Positions 10,097-18,558 of a stretch of DNA of 64,000 nucleotides are shown here, piece by piece (within the stretch, counting starts at the first letter, position 1; every line of letters begins with the position of its first letter). The notes under the pieces were generated by a model. The model was not told the origin of the DNA. It did not search any database and saw only the letters and a program-made list of their open reading frames with translations. This DNA is from a bacterium (GTDB lineage Bacteria; Patescibacteriota; Minisyncoccia; Minisyncoccales; Minisyncoccaceae): NCBI GenBank assembly GCA_041308625.1, contig JBFZBB010000005.1, forward strand, positions 8,798 to 72,797, written 5' to 3'. Made by a program: the position numbers and the translations under genes.

Positions 10097-10648
10097 ATGA
10101 AAGAAGAAGGATTGCTTATCCACTTTAAAAACAAATCGTTTAAGGCCGAAATCGGCTGGAGTAACGGAAAGATGATCGAACTTACGCCGGTGGTCTGCGA
10201 TGAACAACCGTTCGGAAATTGCGGCATCGGACTGATGCATCATGAAATCGTCTTGCAGATGTGGGGCTTAGGTGGTCCCAGAGACTTAATCACCAGTTGG
10301 CGAGCTACCGAAATCGTTCGCCACTTTACCGTAATTGATAACTATACTCTGTCCAAAACTTTCTACGCCGGCCGGCGCTACAAGCAATGGAATAACGAAG
10401 AGAAAAAGAAGTATCTCGATCCGGTAATCGTGGTAATCGGCCAAGAGCTGTATGACAAAATCATGTCAATGCCTATCCCGGAAAAAATCATCCGGGCAAT
10501 TCTCGACAATCAGGATCTCGACTATTGTCCAGACACCTTTCCGATCGAAGACGAAATCAAGGCTGGAACGGTAAAGTGGCGACAAGAATTCACCATTGTG
10601 GACATAAAAAACCCTAAAAAAAGCACCTTTTTCCGCTTATTCAAATGA
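10097..10648 (+). CDS. hypothetical protein in a G+C-richer islet
   Basis: Intact ORF on the opposite strand to its neighbours. A TTGACA-N16-TAATGT promoter-like site lies at 10007-10034, and a strong terminator overlaps the stop. I recognise no family. Confidence 0.55.
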   Translation: MKEEGLLIHFKNKSFKAEIGWSNGKMIELTPVVCDEQPFGNCGIGLMHHEIVLQMWGLGGPRDLITSWRATEIVRHFTVIDNYTLSKTFYAGRRYKQWNNEEKKKYLDPVIVVIGQELYDKIMSMPIPEKIIRAILDNQDLDYCPDTFPIEDEIKAGTVKWRQEFTIVDIKNPKKSTFFRLFK

Positions 10649-10663
10649 ATAAGCGATTTTTTA
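10634..10663 (+). terminator. rho-independent terminator
   Basis: Perfect 10-bp inverted repeat cgcttattca/tgaataagcg enclosing the TGA stop, followed by tttttt. Confidence 0.7.
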
Positions 10664-10699
10664 TAATCAATTTTTTAAGGTCATCGATAATTTTTCATA

Positions 10700-11005
10700 T
10701 GGCTCCGGCGGTAGGATTCGAACCTACAACCTAATGCTTACATCTACCCTAATATTTCTAATAGGCATGGACTATATCATCACCCTTTGAATTAAAGGGG
10801 CGAGGCGCTTCCCACTCATTTCTAAGCAGTACTCCCATAAGGGATAGTCTCTGAACCTTCCTGAAATATTTCAGGCTTGGCTGCGGATTGCCATAAGTAT
10901 TAAGCTTTTAGGTTTCCCGCAATTCACCTCGTTTTTCAATCTCGATTACTCGAGAAAGCTGCAAGTATTTTACAGGCATCCGCGCTACCATTGCGCCACG
11001 CCGGA
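10700..11005 (-). tRNA. tRNA-Asn(GUU) interrupted by a group I intron; exons 11005..10972 and 10740..10700
   Basis: Exon 1 is TCCGGCG-TG-GCGC-AATGGTA-GCGC-G-GATGC-CTGT. Exon 2 is TAA-GCATT-AGGTT-GTAGG-TTCGAAT-CCTAC-CGCCGGA-G-CCA. Spliced, this gives a canonical cloverleaf with anticodon loop CUGUUAA, a 5-nt variable loop, U1-A72 and G73, as in E. coli tRNA-Asn. Confidence 0.85.
10741..10971 (-). mobile_element. group I self-splicing intron (IC3-like, tRNA-type), 231 nt, no internal ORF
   Basis: Core elements resemble the Azoarcus/Anabaena tRNA introns: GGGAAACCTAA, TATGGCAATCCGCAGCCAAGCC and GGAAGGTTCAGAGACTA...ATAGTCC. The 5' exon ends in U and pairs CUGU/GCAG with a U-G wobble (P1). The intron ends in G. 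Confidence 0.85.
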
Positions 11006-11034
11006 ATATGTTAAACAATATAATATATATACCT

Positions 11035-11697
11035 TTAATTGAGTAAACCGTCAACCCATCCTATTATTTTTCTGTGCAATAAAGCATCTGTTATTTTAAT
11101 CCTAAAAACTCCGTAACTATGCTTTTTTTTTCTTAATCTATTTTTATTATTTTTAACTATATAACTTTTTGTAAATTGAGATAATGATATTTTTGTCAAC
11201 CTTGACCAAAAAACCTTAGCTTTTTTCTCATTTAAATCATCGTGAATGTATAAGCTTCCTCTAAATTTTTCCGTTGGAACATTACAAAACTCTTTAAACC
11301 AGCTCATCATAAATTTAACCATTTGAGGATCAGTGTTTACAAAAGATATATCTCTATCTGTTTTTCCACCTTCCCCAGAATAAATGGCTATTCCAGCAAT
11401 AAACCTATCTCTTTTACTTAGTTTGCTTACTTCTTTTTTGCCTTGCTCGTTGAGTTCTTTAGTGATTTTTTCTCTTTTTTTTATTTTATTTTGAGCTGCT
11501 ATTATACTTCCTCTTAAATTTCCTGTTTTTTTATTTAAATATAATTTTTTAAGCTGATCTTTGTTTAGCTTAATATCTCTAACCCAAATACTAACAGAAG
11601 ATAAAGAAACGTTTAACTTCTTTTTTATCTCTTTGATAGATAAACCTCTTTTTCTTAACTCTCTTGCCTTGATTTTTAAATCTAATTTTCCTTTCAT
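11035..11697 (-). CDS. HTH protein with a possible single LAGLIDADG-like endonuclease domain
   Basis: N-terminal HTH: RGLSIKEIKKKLNVSLSSVSIWVRD. Central region: RFIAGIAIYSGEGGKTDRDISFVNTDPQMVKFMMSWF, which resembles a LAGLIDADG helix plus the following strand. Start at ATG 11697. The family assignment is tentative. Confidence 0.4.
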   Translation of the reverse strand: MKGKLDLKIKARELRKRGLSIKEIKKKLNVSLSSVSIWVRDIKLNKDQLKKLYLNKKTGNLRGSIIAAQNKIKKREKITKELNEQGKKEVSKLSKRDRFIAGIAIYSGEGGKTDRDISFVNTDPQMVKFMMSWFKEFCNVPTEKFRGSLYIHDDLNEKKAKVFWSRLTKISLSQFTKSYIVKNNKNRLRKKKHSYGVFRIKITDALLHRKIIGWVDGLLN

Positions 11698-11740
11698 TAA
11701 AAATATTATCTCATTTCGAACCAAGAAAGTCAAGTTACAA

Positions 11741-12970
11741 TTAATACCCTGCCAACTTCTTTAAATCTTTATGCTGTCTAATCTTTTCAATTGCTTTAGC
11801 TTCAATCTGTCTAATTCTTTCTCTGGTTACACTAAACTCTTGTCCCACTTCTTCTAAGGTATGCATTACTCCGTCATCTAAACCAAATCTCATTGAAATA
11901 ATTCTTTTTTCTCTGTCTGTTAAATCTTTAAATATTTCTTCTAAATGCTCTCTTAATAATGTTCTTCCTGCTTGAACTGCTGGAGATTCAATCTTTTCGT
12001 CTTTAATAAACTCACCCAAAACACTATCTTTGTCATCTTCTCCTACTGGAGTTTCTAAAGATACTGCTTTTTGAGCAATCCTTTCTAAATGTCTAACTTT
12101 AGCAACTTCTAGCCCCATTTCAGCTGCAATTTCTTCATCTAATGGTTCTCTGTCTAAATCTTGTAATAATCTTCTCTTAGCTTGAGTATATTTAGTCAAG
12201 GTTTCAATCATATGAACTGGAATCCTAATTGTTCTTGCTTGATCAGCTAAAGCTCTGGTAATTGTTTGTCTAATCCACCAGGTAGCATAAGTAGAGAACT
12301 TATACCCCTTTCTCCAATCAAACTTTTCTACTGCTCTAAACAATCCAAGGTTTCCTTCTTGAATTAGATCTAATAAAGTTAAATTGGGAGATCTACCAAT
12401 ATACTTTTTAGCAATTGAAACAACAAGCCTAAGATTGGCTTCTGCTAAATTTCTTTTTGCCTCTTCATCTCCTGCTTCAATCTTTCTAGCAAGCTCTTTT
12501 TCTTCTCTAGCAGTAATAGGAGAAATCTTTCCTATTTCTTTTAAATATGATTGGACAGAATCAACCTTGCTTCCAGCAAAGCTTTTCTTCTTTTTAATAG
12601 CTTTATCATCAAAATCCAAATATCCCTTTGAATCTTTAATTTCAATTCCTTCTTTTTCTAAAACAGTAAACATGTTTTCTACTTCTAAAACATTGTCTTC
12701 GATATTGGGAAAATATGATAAAATTTCAGAAAAAGTAACAAAGCCTCTTGTTTTGGCTTTTTTAATTAACCCGTCTAACGCTTCTTCAGTTATGACTGAC
12801 TTGGCTTTCCTTTTCTTCTTCTTGGGTTTCACTGGCTTTACTGGCTTTTTCTTCGCTACTTTCTTGACCGGCTTCTTCTTTACTACCTTCTTCTTTGCCA
12901 CCACTTTCTTCTTTGGTTTCACCTGCTTTTTCTTCTTTAATGGTTGCTTTTTCTTTGTTTTTTTCTTCAT
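11741..12970 (-). CDS. rpoD: RNA polymerase primary sigma factor (sigma-70) with a poly-lysine N-terminal extension
   Basis: Region 2 has [38 protein letters not shown]. Region 3 is present. Region 4 has [23 protein letters not shown]. Confidence 0.9.
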   Translation of the reverse strand: MKKKTKKKQPLKKKKQVKPKKKVVAKKKVVKKKPVKKVAKKKPVKPVKPKKKKRKAKSVITEEALDGLIKKAKTRGFVTFSEILSYFPNIEDNVLEVENMFTVLEKEGIEIKDSKGYLDFDDKAIKKKKSFAGSKVDSVQSYLKEIGKISPITAREEKELARKIEAGDEEAKRNLAEANLRLVVSIAKKYIGRSPNLTLLDLIQEGNLGLFRAVEKFDWRKGYKFSTYATWWIRQTITRALADQARTIRIPVHMIETLTKYTQAKRRLLQDLDREPLDEEIAAEMGLEVAKVRHLERIAQKAVSLETPVGEDDKDSVLGEFIKDEKIESPAVQAGRTLLREHLEEIFKDLTDREKRIISMRFGLDDGVMHTLEEVGQEFSVTRERIRQIEAKAIEKIRQHKDLKKLAGY

Positions 12971-14678
12971 ATTTTATTAAATTCTTAAATTCTTCTAATA
13001 GCACTTTTACTTTAGCAGAATCTCCTTGTTTTTCCAACTCCCTAATTTCTAGGTGAAGATTATGCTGTTTTTCTTTAATTGTTAAATTTTCTATTTCTAA
13101 AATGCACATTTTTAGCTCTTCCTCTTCTTCTAACTCTTCAATTACCTCTGATTTAAGAAAAATATAGTTAAGAAAATTAATATTGTCCTCAAATTCTTGT
13201 TTTAGCTCTTCAAAAGTAATCTCTTTTTTATCCTTAATCTTTTCTAGTATTTCTTTAATAGGAAAAGAAAAAAAGGAAAAGTCATTAATTAAATCAATTC
13301 TACTTCTTTCTTTTAAAACAAGAGCTAATACTTTTTCTTCAATCATTTGACGTCTTGTTTTTTTATCAATCATACATTCTTCTTTTTTATGTTCTTGTTT
13401 TTGAATATTTATCTTTTTAATTTCTAACCTAATATCATCTTCTTTACTTTTTAAAACATCAGCTAATTTTTGAATCCAATAAGATTGCTCTACTGAGTTT
13501 TCCATTTTTTTAACTCGAGGCAAAAAATCTTTTAATATCTTTTTTTTATCCTCGACTGAATTGGGGTTTCTGTTGTTTAAAGCCAAATTAAAGAAAAATT
13601 CTGAAATTGGCTTTGACTCTTCAATCATTTTTTTCCATGCCTCTTCTCCTTCTTTTAAAATAATATCGGCTGGATCTTTGTCTTCACTTCTTGGAATAAC
13701 TTTTATTTCAAAGTCGTCAGCCATTTCAATTGCTTTTTCAGTAGCCTTATTACCGGCCGAATCCATATCAAAGGCTAATATTAATTTCTTAGAATACCTT
13801 TTAATAATTTCTAAATGTAAATTAGTTAAGGCTGTTCCAGAAGTAGCAATGCAATTATCAATTCCTGATTGATGAGACATAATACAATCAACATTACCTT
13901 CTACCAAAACACAAAAGTCTTTTCTTCTTATCTCTATCTTAGCTTTATCAATTCCATAAAGAGCTTTGCTTTTATCATAAAGAATAGTAGCTGGACTATT
14001 TAAATATTTTGCTTCATCTTTATCGTCTTTGCCAAAAATTCTACCAGTAAAACCAATGATCTCTGAATTAAAACCAGTAATAGGAAACATTATTCTTCCT
14101 CTAAATCTATCAAACATCTTTTCTTTTTGAATCGCTAAACCAGCCTTAACAATATCCCCTCTATTAAAATCTCTACTAACAAGAAAATCGCTCAATCCTT
14201 GCCAAGTATCAGGAGCATATCCTATTCTCCATTTTTTAATTGTTTCTTCTTTTAATCCTCTACCCAGTAAATAATCTTTAGCTTCTGAGCCTTTTTTGCT
14301 TTTCTCTAATTGATACTCAAAAAACAAACAAGCTTTTTCTGTTAAATCTAAAAGTATTTGTCTTTGTGTTTTTTCTTCTTTCCATTTTTTACTGTGCTTT
14401 AATTCAACTCCAGCCCTATCAGCTAATAGCTTTAAAGCATCATAAAATTCTATACCCTCAATTTTCATTACAAACTTAAAAATATCTCCTCCTTCATTGC
14501 ACCCTCCAAAACAATGCCAAATTTGCCTAGAAGGAGAAACAAAAAAAGAAGCACTTTTCTCTTCATGAAAAGGACATCTGGCTCTGTAATTAACTCCAGC
14601 TTTTTCTAGTTTAATGTAATTAGAAATTACATCAACTATATTTAGTCTTGATTTTATTTCTTCTAGTTCTGAATTCAT
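12786..14678 (-). CDS. dnaG: DNA primase
   Basis: Zinc finger [15 protein letters not shown]...WHCFGC. TOPRIM motifs VLVEGNVD and [10 protein letters not shown]. The 3' end overlaps rpoD by 185 nt in another frame. Confidence 0.9.
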   Translation of the reverse strand: MNSELEEIKSRLNIVDVISNYIKLEKAGVNYRARCPFHEEKSASFFVSPSRQIWHCFGGCNEGGDIFKFVMKIEGIEFYDALKLLADRAGVELKHSKKWKEEKTQRQILLDLTEKACLFFEYQLEKSKKGSEAKDYLLGRGLKEETIKKWRIGYAPDTWQGLSDFLVSRDFNRGDIVKAGLAIQKEKMFDRFRGRIMFPITGFNSEIIGFTGRIFGKDDKDEAKYLNSPATILYDKSKALYGIDKAKIEIRRKDFCVLVEGNVDCIMSHQSGIDNCIATSGTALTNLHLEIIKRYSKKLILAFDMDSAGNKATEKAIEMADDFEIKVIPRSEDKDPADIILKEGEEAWKKMIEESKPISEFFFNLALNNRNPNSVEDKKKILKDFLPRVKKMENSVEQSYWIQKLADVLKSKEDDIRLEIKKINIQKQEHKKEECMIDKKTRRQMIEEKVLALVLKERSRIDLINDFSFFSFPIKEILEKIKDKKEITFEELKQEFEDNINFLNYIFLKSEVIEELEEEEELKMCILEIENLTIKEKQHNLHLEIRELEKQGDSAKVKVLLEEFKNLIKYEEKNKEKATIKEEKAGETKEESGGKEEGSKEEAGQESSEEKASKASETQEEEKESQVSHN

Positions 14679-14679
14679 A

Positions 14680-15939
14680 TTATTTCCACTCTCCTAAAGT
14701 AGCTGTTTTTAATAACTCTGTATCGTTTCTTAATATCTTTAAAGAAACTGTGTCTCCTGGAGCATATTTTGATATTAATTTGGCTAAAGAATTATTCTTA
14801 TCAATTTTTTCTCCATTTAATTCAAGAATAATATCATTTTCTTGGAGCCCTGCTTTTTCAGCTGGAGAATCAGGAGTAATGGCTTTATCTGCTAAAGTTT
14901 TTCCTTTAGTAATTAAAACTCCATAAGAAACAGATAATTTTAATTCTTTGGCCACGCTTTCATTGATTACAACATATCTTACTCCTAAAAAAGGATAAGA
15001 TATTTTTCCTGTATTTTTAACCTGTTCAATGTCTCTAATTGCTTTATCAATAGGAATAGCAAAACCAATATTTTCTCCAGAAGAAGCAACAGCAGTATTT
15101 ATTCCAATCACCTCTCCCATTAAATTCAATAATGGTCCTCCTGAATTACCAGGATTAATTGCAGCGTCTGTTTGAATAATATCTTCTAATGTTTCTGTTG
15201 TACTTCCACCTGTAGCCACCACTGTTCTTCCTAATCCAGAAATAACACCAACAGACACGGTATTTTTTAATTCTCCTAAAGCATTCCCAATAGCAATAGC
15301 TGTTTGTCCAATTTGAATATTAGAAGTATTTCCTAGTCTTACTACAGGAAATGTTTCATTATTGCTTTGAATTTTTAAAATCGCTATGTCTTGAACAGGG
15401 TCACGAGCCAATACTTGAACTGGATATTCTTTGTCATCATTGGTTACTATTGTGTATTCTGCTTTTTCATCTTCAACAACATGTTTGTTAGTTAAAATTG
15501 TTCCATCAGAAGAAATAATAAATCCGCTTCCTGCCCCTACTTGCATTTTTTCTGTTCCTTGAACCTGAGGGGTTCCCCAAAAATAACTAAATGGATCATA
15601 TTCTGAATAAACAGGAACTTCTTTGGTAATAACAACACTAACAACAGCTGGAGACGCTTCTTTAACTACTTTAATAACCTTGTCTTCTTCTGTTGTTTGA
15701 GGAATATATTCTACTGTTTTTTCTTGAGTATTTTCTAAAGATACCCCTGCTTTTGATATTTCTTGTCTTAGATTAAAGTATAAATAATAGTTAAAAAATA
15801 ATCCTACCAATACTCCTAAAACAAAAAATATTAAAACCCAAATACGCCAATCAGCTTTTTTTCCAGCTTCAAGCATTTTTTTAACTTCTGGGTTTTGTAA
15901 TTTTTGTGGATTAAATTCTGGTAATTGATATATATTCAT
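14680..15939 (-). CDS. htrA: HtrA/DegP-family serine protease (S1C) with PDZ domain
   Basis: TM anchor, catalytic TNKHV / DIAILK / GNSGGPL, and a C-terminal PDZ domain. ATG at 15939 is preferred because it avoids overlap with the upstream gene. Confidence 0.85.
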   Translation of the reverse strand: MNIYQLPEFNPQKLQNPEVKKMLEAGKKADWRIWVLIFFVLGVLVGLFFNYYLYFNLRQEISKAGVSLENTQEKTVEYIPQTTEEDKVIKVVKEASPAVVSVVITKEVPVYSEYDPFSYFWGTPQVQGTEKMQVGAGSGFIISSDGTILTNKHVVEDEKAEYTIVTNDDKEYPVQVLARDPVQDIAILKIQSNNETFPVVRLGNTSNIQIGQTAIAIGNALGELKNTVSVGVISGLGRTVVATGGSTTETLEDIIQTDAAINPGNSGGPLLNLMGEVIGINTAVASSGENIGFAIPIDKAIRDIEQVKNTGKISYPFLGVRYVVINESVAKELKLSVSYGVLITKGKTLADKAITPDSPAEKAGLQENDIILELNGEKIDKNNSLAKLISKYAPGDTVSLKILRNDTELLKTATLGEWK

Positions 15940-15940
15940 A

Positions 15941-16654
15941 TTACTTTTTTTTATTATCTTCATAATCAAAAGTGTATTTTAATATATCCGACCGAACAGG
16001 ACCAATAAAAGCCATGTGCAAAGAACACAAAAGGTATTTTATTCCTGTTCTGAAATATCCATCTTTTTCAAATCTTCTTATTGGCATATAAACACTTGAA
16101 CATTCAATTGTTCCAAATTTTCCTAATTGAGCACAATCCTGAACAAAACAATGATCTTCTGCTAATTTAATTGTTTCATCAAATCCTCCTACTTTTTCAT
16201 AAATATTTTTTCTAACCATTATACCCATTGCTCCTAAGGGAAAAATTCTTTCTAATAATCTTTGCGGATAATTATATAATAAATTTAAAGTAAAAGGATT
16301 AAGATATATATTGTTCTTTTGAGGGTAAATAGGAAAAGAAGCAATTGTTAAATTTTCTTTATTAAATGTTTCTAAAGATTTTTTAATAAAGTTTTCTGAT
16401 AATGTCAGGTCTGCATCTAGAAATAAAAGTATGTCTCCTTTGGCAATTTTCGCCCCTTTATTTCTTCCACGAGCAGGAAGCCCTCCATCAGTTACTACAC
16501 AATCAAACCCTCTTGCAATTTCAATTGTTTTATCTTTTGATCCTGCATCAGCTATAATAACTTCTAAATCATTAACCTTTTCTTTAGCTATACAAGAAAG
16601 AATTATAGACAAATTCTTTTCTTCGTTTAATGTTGGTATAATTATACTTAACAT
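15941..16654 (-). CDS. family 2 glycosyltransferase
   Basis: LSIIIPTLNEEKNL, IIADAGSKDKT, FLDADL and AEDHCF. Confidence 0.75.
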   Translation of the reverse strand: MLSIIIPTLNEEKNLSIILSCIAKEKVNDLEVIIADAGSKDKTIEIARGFDCVVTDGGLPARGRNKGAKIAKGDILLFLDADLTLSENFIKKSLETFNKENLTIASFPIYPQKNNIYLNPFTLNLLYNYPQRLLERIFPLGAMGIMVRKNIYEKVGGFDETIKLAEDHCFVQDCAQLGKFGTIECSSVYMPIRRFEKDGYFRTGIKYLLCSLHMAFIGPVRSDILKYTFDYEDNKKK

Positions 16655-16658
16655 ATTA

Positions 16659-17642
16659 TTAAAATAAATATCTTGCTTCTTCCCAATATTCAGGATGGTT
16701 TTGCTTTTCTTTCATCCAGTACCACCATTCAGCTCCCCAGAAATAGAAAGTATCTATTCCTGTTTTTCGTGCAAATTCAATGTTGTCTCTAAAATTATTA
16801 ATATCCATGGTTATCATTTGTTCATCAAGAGAAGCGTTAATTATTGAATATTTACACCATGGCTCTGCTTGAAGCTCTGTTCCAATTACTTCTTTTCCAA
16901 AAAATCTTAATAAATTAGCTCTTCTTTCATAAAACACAGCTGGAAAATGATATGACAAATAATATTTAAATTGTTCTTGCCAAACTTTTCTATAAGTTGT
17001 TACTCCTACAACGTCTCCAACCATACCAGACCTAAGCCATAAAGACAGCTCTCCACTTTCAGTAACAATTACTGGCTTATTATCAATATTTTTAACAAAA
17101 TCTATTTCTTTTTTCAAGAACCCTGCATCTGACCAAGGACAAGCTCCAAAATTAAGAAATACTTCATTTTCAACTTGCCAAGAAACCAAAGAAGAAGAAT
17201 TCTTGTATCTATTAACAATAACCCCTAACATTCTTAAGATTCTATCTTGCTGATCTTTTTTATCCATGTTTCTTGCCCAATCAGGCATATGACATTCTGG
17301 CCAACGAGGAGTTTTCATTCCAATAGCTAAAATAACCTCTACTCCTCTTTTTTCTGCTTCTTGTATTTGCCAGTCTAATTCATTAAAATCAAAATTATTA
17401 TTTTCTTTTTCAATTAAATCCCAGTGAACAGAAATCTTAATCTTTTTAACTTTTAGATCATCTAATAGGGCTAAATATGTTTGCTTTGAATCAAGGCCTA
17501 AAAACTCAGTTTGTTTAACCGAGTAATTAACCCCCCATCGAACATCTTCTGAAGGCTTAGAAAACCCAATAAAAAAGTATCCAATAATTAATAAAAAAGA
17601 GAAAATTAATACAAACAACATATTTTTAGTGCTTGATTTCAT
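16659..17642 (-). CDS. membrane-anchored clan GH-A (TIM barrel) glycoside hydrolase-like protein
   Basis: N-terminal TM helix. WQVENE (acid/base NE) and GTELQAEPW (candidate nucleophile E). The GH family is not resolved. Confidence 0.5.
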   Translation of the reverse strand: MKSSTKNMLFVLIFSFLLIIGYFFIGFSKPSEDVRWGVNYSVKQTEFLGLDSKQTYLALLDDLKVKKIKISVHWDLIEKENNNFDFNELDWQIQEAEKRGVEVILAIGMKTPRWPECHMPDWARNMDKKDQQDRILRMLGVIVNRYKNSSSLVSWQVENEVFLNFGACPWSDAGFLKKEIDFVKNIDNKPVIVTESGELSLWLRSGMVGDVVGVTTYRKVWQEQFKYYLSYHFPAVFYERRANLLRFFGKEVIGTELQAEPWCKYSIINASLDEQMITMDINNFRDNIEFARKTGIDTFYFWGAEWWYWMKEKQNHPEYWEEARYLF

Positions 17643-17673
17643 TAAGTATATATTACACTAAAAAGAGCAAAAA

Positions 17674-18558
17674 TCAATACTTAGATAAAGACTCTTTAAG
17701 TTGAGATAATCTTTCAAAATACTCTAACTTCTCAATAGAGTTATTAACCATTAAACTGTTTAAACCAGAATAATAGTTTTGATTAATCTGAGAGATTGGT
17801 ATTGCTTGATTGTATATACGGACATCGTCAAGGCTACATTTAGCATAATTAGTAGAATATTTTGCCAATAAGAAACTAGCATCATTCGTTCCTGCGCCTA
17901 TTCCACTTGCATCATATTCTCCAACTAAGTCGCCATTGATATACCCTCTAAAATAACTTCCGTCATAAGTCATTAGTGTATGATACCAAACACCTTCAAC
18001 ATATGGTAATTCGTTTATTCCACCAATAGTAACTCCACCACTTTTTAAATAAAATCTTATCTGTCCCTCTCTGAAATAAATGCTTATATAATTATTGGCA
18101 TCTTTATACTTCATAATAGTATAACCTACTTCAGTTACTGGTTCATCAGATTTAGCCCACATTGAAACAGAAAATGGTGTAGTTTCTGCAAGAGTAATTA
18201 CATTACCTAAATCCACATAATCATCTATCCCATCAAATAATAAACAATTTCCCGAAACACACCCCGTTGTTTGAAATTGAGGCACCGTAGCACCACCCAA
18301 AAGAGTTCCTGTGTTTGTTCCCCAAGAATCAGCAGTTGTTGTGCTCCCCACTGCTTCATCAAATTTCCATTGTGATACTCTGGACAGTAACAATGCATTA
18401 TCCATTGAATTAAGGAATGCTTGTCCTTTAGCAATATTAGCTGAATTAGTAATTGAACTCATGCCAACCAGAATAAACGCAGAAAGGATTCCGATGACAA
18501 CAATTACAACTAGTATTTCGATTAAGGTAAAAGATTTTTTAACAAGAAAAGTTTCCAT
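17674..18558 (-). CDS. type IV pilin-like protein with LamG domain
   Basis: KKSFTLIEILVVIVVIGILSAF prepilin signal. C-terminal LDDVRIYNQAIPISQINQNYYSGLN. Confidence 0.75.
   Translation of the reverse strand: METFLVKKSFTLIEILVVIVVIGILSAFILVGMSSITNSANIAKGQAFLNSMDNALLLSRVSQWKFDEAVGSTTTADSWGTNTGTLLGGATVPQFQTTGCVSGNCLLFDGIDDYVDLGNVITLAETTPFSVSMWAKSDEPVTEVGYTIMKYKDANNYISIYFREGQIRFYLKSGGVTIGGINELPYVEGVWYHTLMTYDGSYFRGYINGDLVGEYDASGIGAGTNDASFLLAKYSTNYAKCSLDDVRIYNQAIPISQINQNYYSGLNSLMVNNSIEKLEYFERLSQLKESLSKY

Noticed and set aside
10034-10243. 69-aa minus-strand ORF in the G+C-richer islet
   Set aside because: It overlaps the longer plus-strand ORF, which has promoter and terminator signals. It has no start context of its own.
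10972-10980. Reading the split tRNA as tRNA-Tyr (contiguous CTGTAAA gives anticodon GTA)
   Set aside because: The variable loop is only 5 nt, whereas bacterial tRNA-Tyr is class II. The group I splice rules (U before the 5' splice site, G at the intron end) give CUGUUAA. The G73 discriminator fits Asn.
12384-12980. 198-aa plus-strand ORF
   Set aside because: It is antisense to rpoD and dnaG. The product is low-complexity (F/S/L-rich), an artefact of the AAG/GAA-rich tract, whereas the sense strand has unambiguous sigma-70 and primase motifs.
18225-18434. 69-aa same-strand ORF nested in the pilin-LamG gene, and a similar nested ORF at 22504-22734 in the rhomboid gene
   Set aside because: Both are alternative frames inside genes with clear motifs. 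They have no independent signals.
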